The notes beneath the pieces are model-generated. The model made no database searches, had not been told where the DNA came from, and saw nothing but the letters and a program-made list of their open reading frames with translations. 64,000 nt of DNA from Stegostoma tigrinum (lineage: Eukaryota): positions 31,451,141-31,515,140 of the forward strand of contig NC_081355.1 in NCBI RefSeq assembly GCF_030684315.1, given 5' to 3'. Below are positions 63,031 to 64,000 of the stretch, piece by piece. Position 1 is the stretch's first letter; each line of letters begins with the position of its first letter. The position numbers and the translations under genes were made by a program.

Positions 63031-64000
63031 AAAGTAAAGGATCTCGTAAGTTTAAACAAATAAGTAATGGGGGGGGGGCATTCAAAGACAAGTTAGTTGC
63101 AGTACAAGTAAGGCACTTCTGCAGGCCGGAAAGGATGGTCATCTAAATATATGTTTCTTCATCGACTAAAGTTTGCGTTTCAAATGAGCAGGAAAGGGCT
63201 AATGACAAATGTCACATTCCTAATCTAGTGGAAAATCAAACCAAATACAGAGGCGAATAGTAAAAGGAAATCAGTGAGACAAAAATATGGAAATGTAAAA
63301 CTAAATCAAGTTTTTAAAAAATATTTTAAAAGCATGTATATTGGAAAAAAAAAATCAAGAAAGGAAGGGGCTGATTAGGAAGAAGAAAACATTATATTTT
63401 ATAAAAGGCACAGCTGAATGACTATTTTTCACTTGTCTTCACCAAAAGACAGGTTGTTCCCAATCTCATGGAAAAGGAAATGGTAGAGAAGTCGTATGGA
63501 GTTAAAAATCATTGTAATTGCCTATTATAACTGTTGCAGGAAGTTCACGAGCAGAGAGGTTTCATGCTTTCTTTGTATGTTTTGCATTTTTCCTTTTGCC
63601 TCCTATATTATATTCACTTTCAAAGTTTCAAAGTCAATGCAAACATTTTTGTGATGATTGCTGTACTTTGGGTATCTATGGCGATGGAATGGCCTAACAA
63701 CAAGATTAACACAAAGATGAAATTCAGAATTAATTATCACTTAGTGAGCCACATTGTGTTTCTCATTAAGGACAAATCTAGAGATTCCAAAGAATACAGC
63801 AGTAATTAACTATGCACAAAAGAATAACCATACTTCCCAATCTTTGGTACAATCATATGTATAAAAGTGTTACATTTAAAGTGTGAATTAAAAAATATTA
63901 AGAAGAATTCACAAGATGTAGAAATGAAACTAAATTGTTTAAATTATTCCTTTTCTGGCAGAAGTTGATTGGAATTTGATTAACAATGATCACATCACTT

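Overview
Vertebrate genomic DNA, almost certainly a cartilaginous fish (shark-type V-SINE/HE1, DeuSINE and CR1 repeats). The only host gene is the 3' part of an MBOAT1-like lysophospholipid acyltransferase on the + strand: 8 phase-compatible GT-AG exons from 6845 to the stop at 44698, with the 5' exons not found in the window. Most of the rest is transposon-derived. The standout is a series of Penelope-like retroelement (PLE) insertions that form inverted repeats at very different sizes (4080, 1247, 909 and 113 bp). Each has a 10-15 bp target-site duplication, a one-sided ~34-nt tail and two arms truncated at almost the same point, and the three larger ones carry a minimal hammerhead ribozyme motif. 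The largest is an apparently perfect 2 x 1977 bp palindrome in an MBOAT1 intron with open RT + GIY-YIG frames on both strands. Older hairpins from other families share the architecture, and most copies point the same way. All calls were made by eye; family names rest on recalled motifs, and boundaries of old repeats are approximate.
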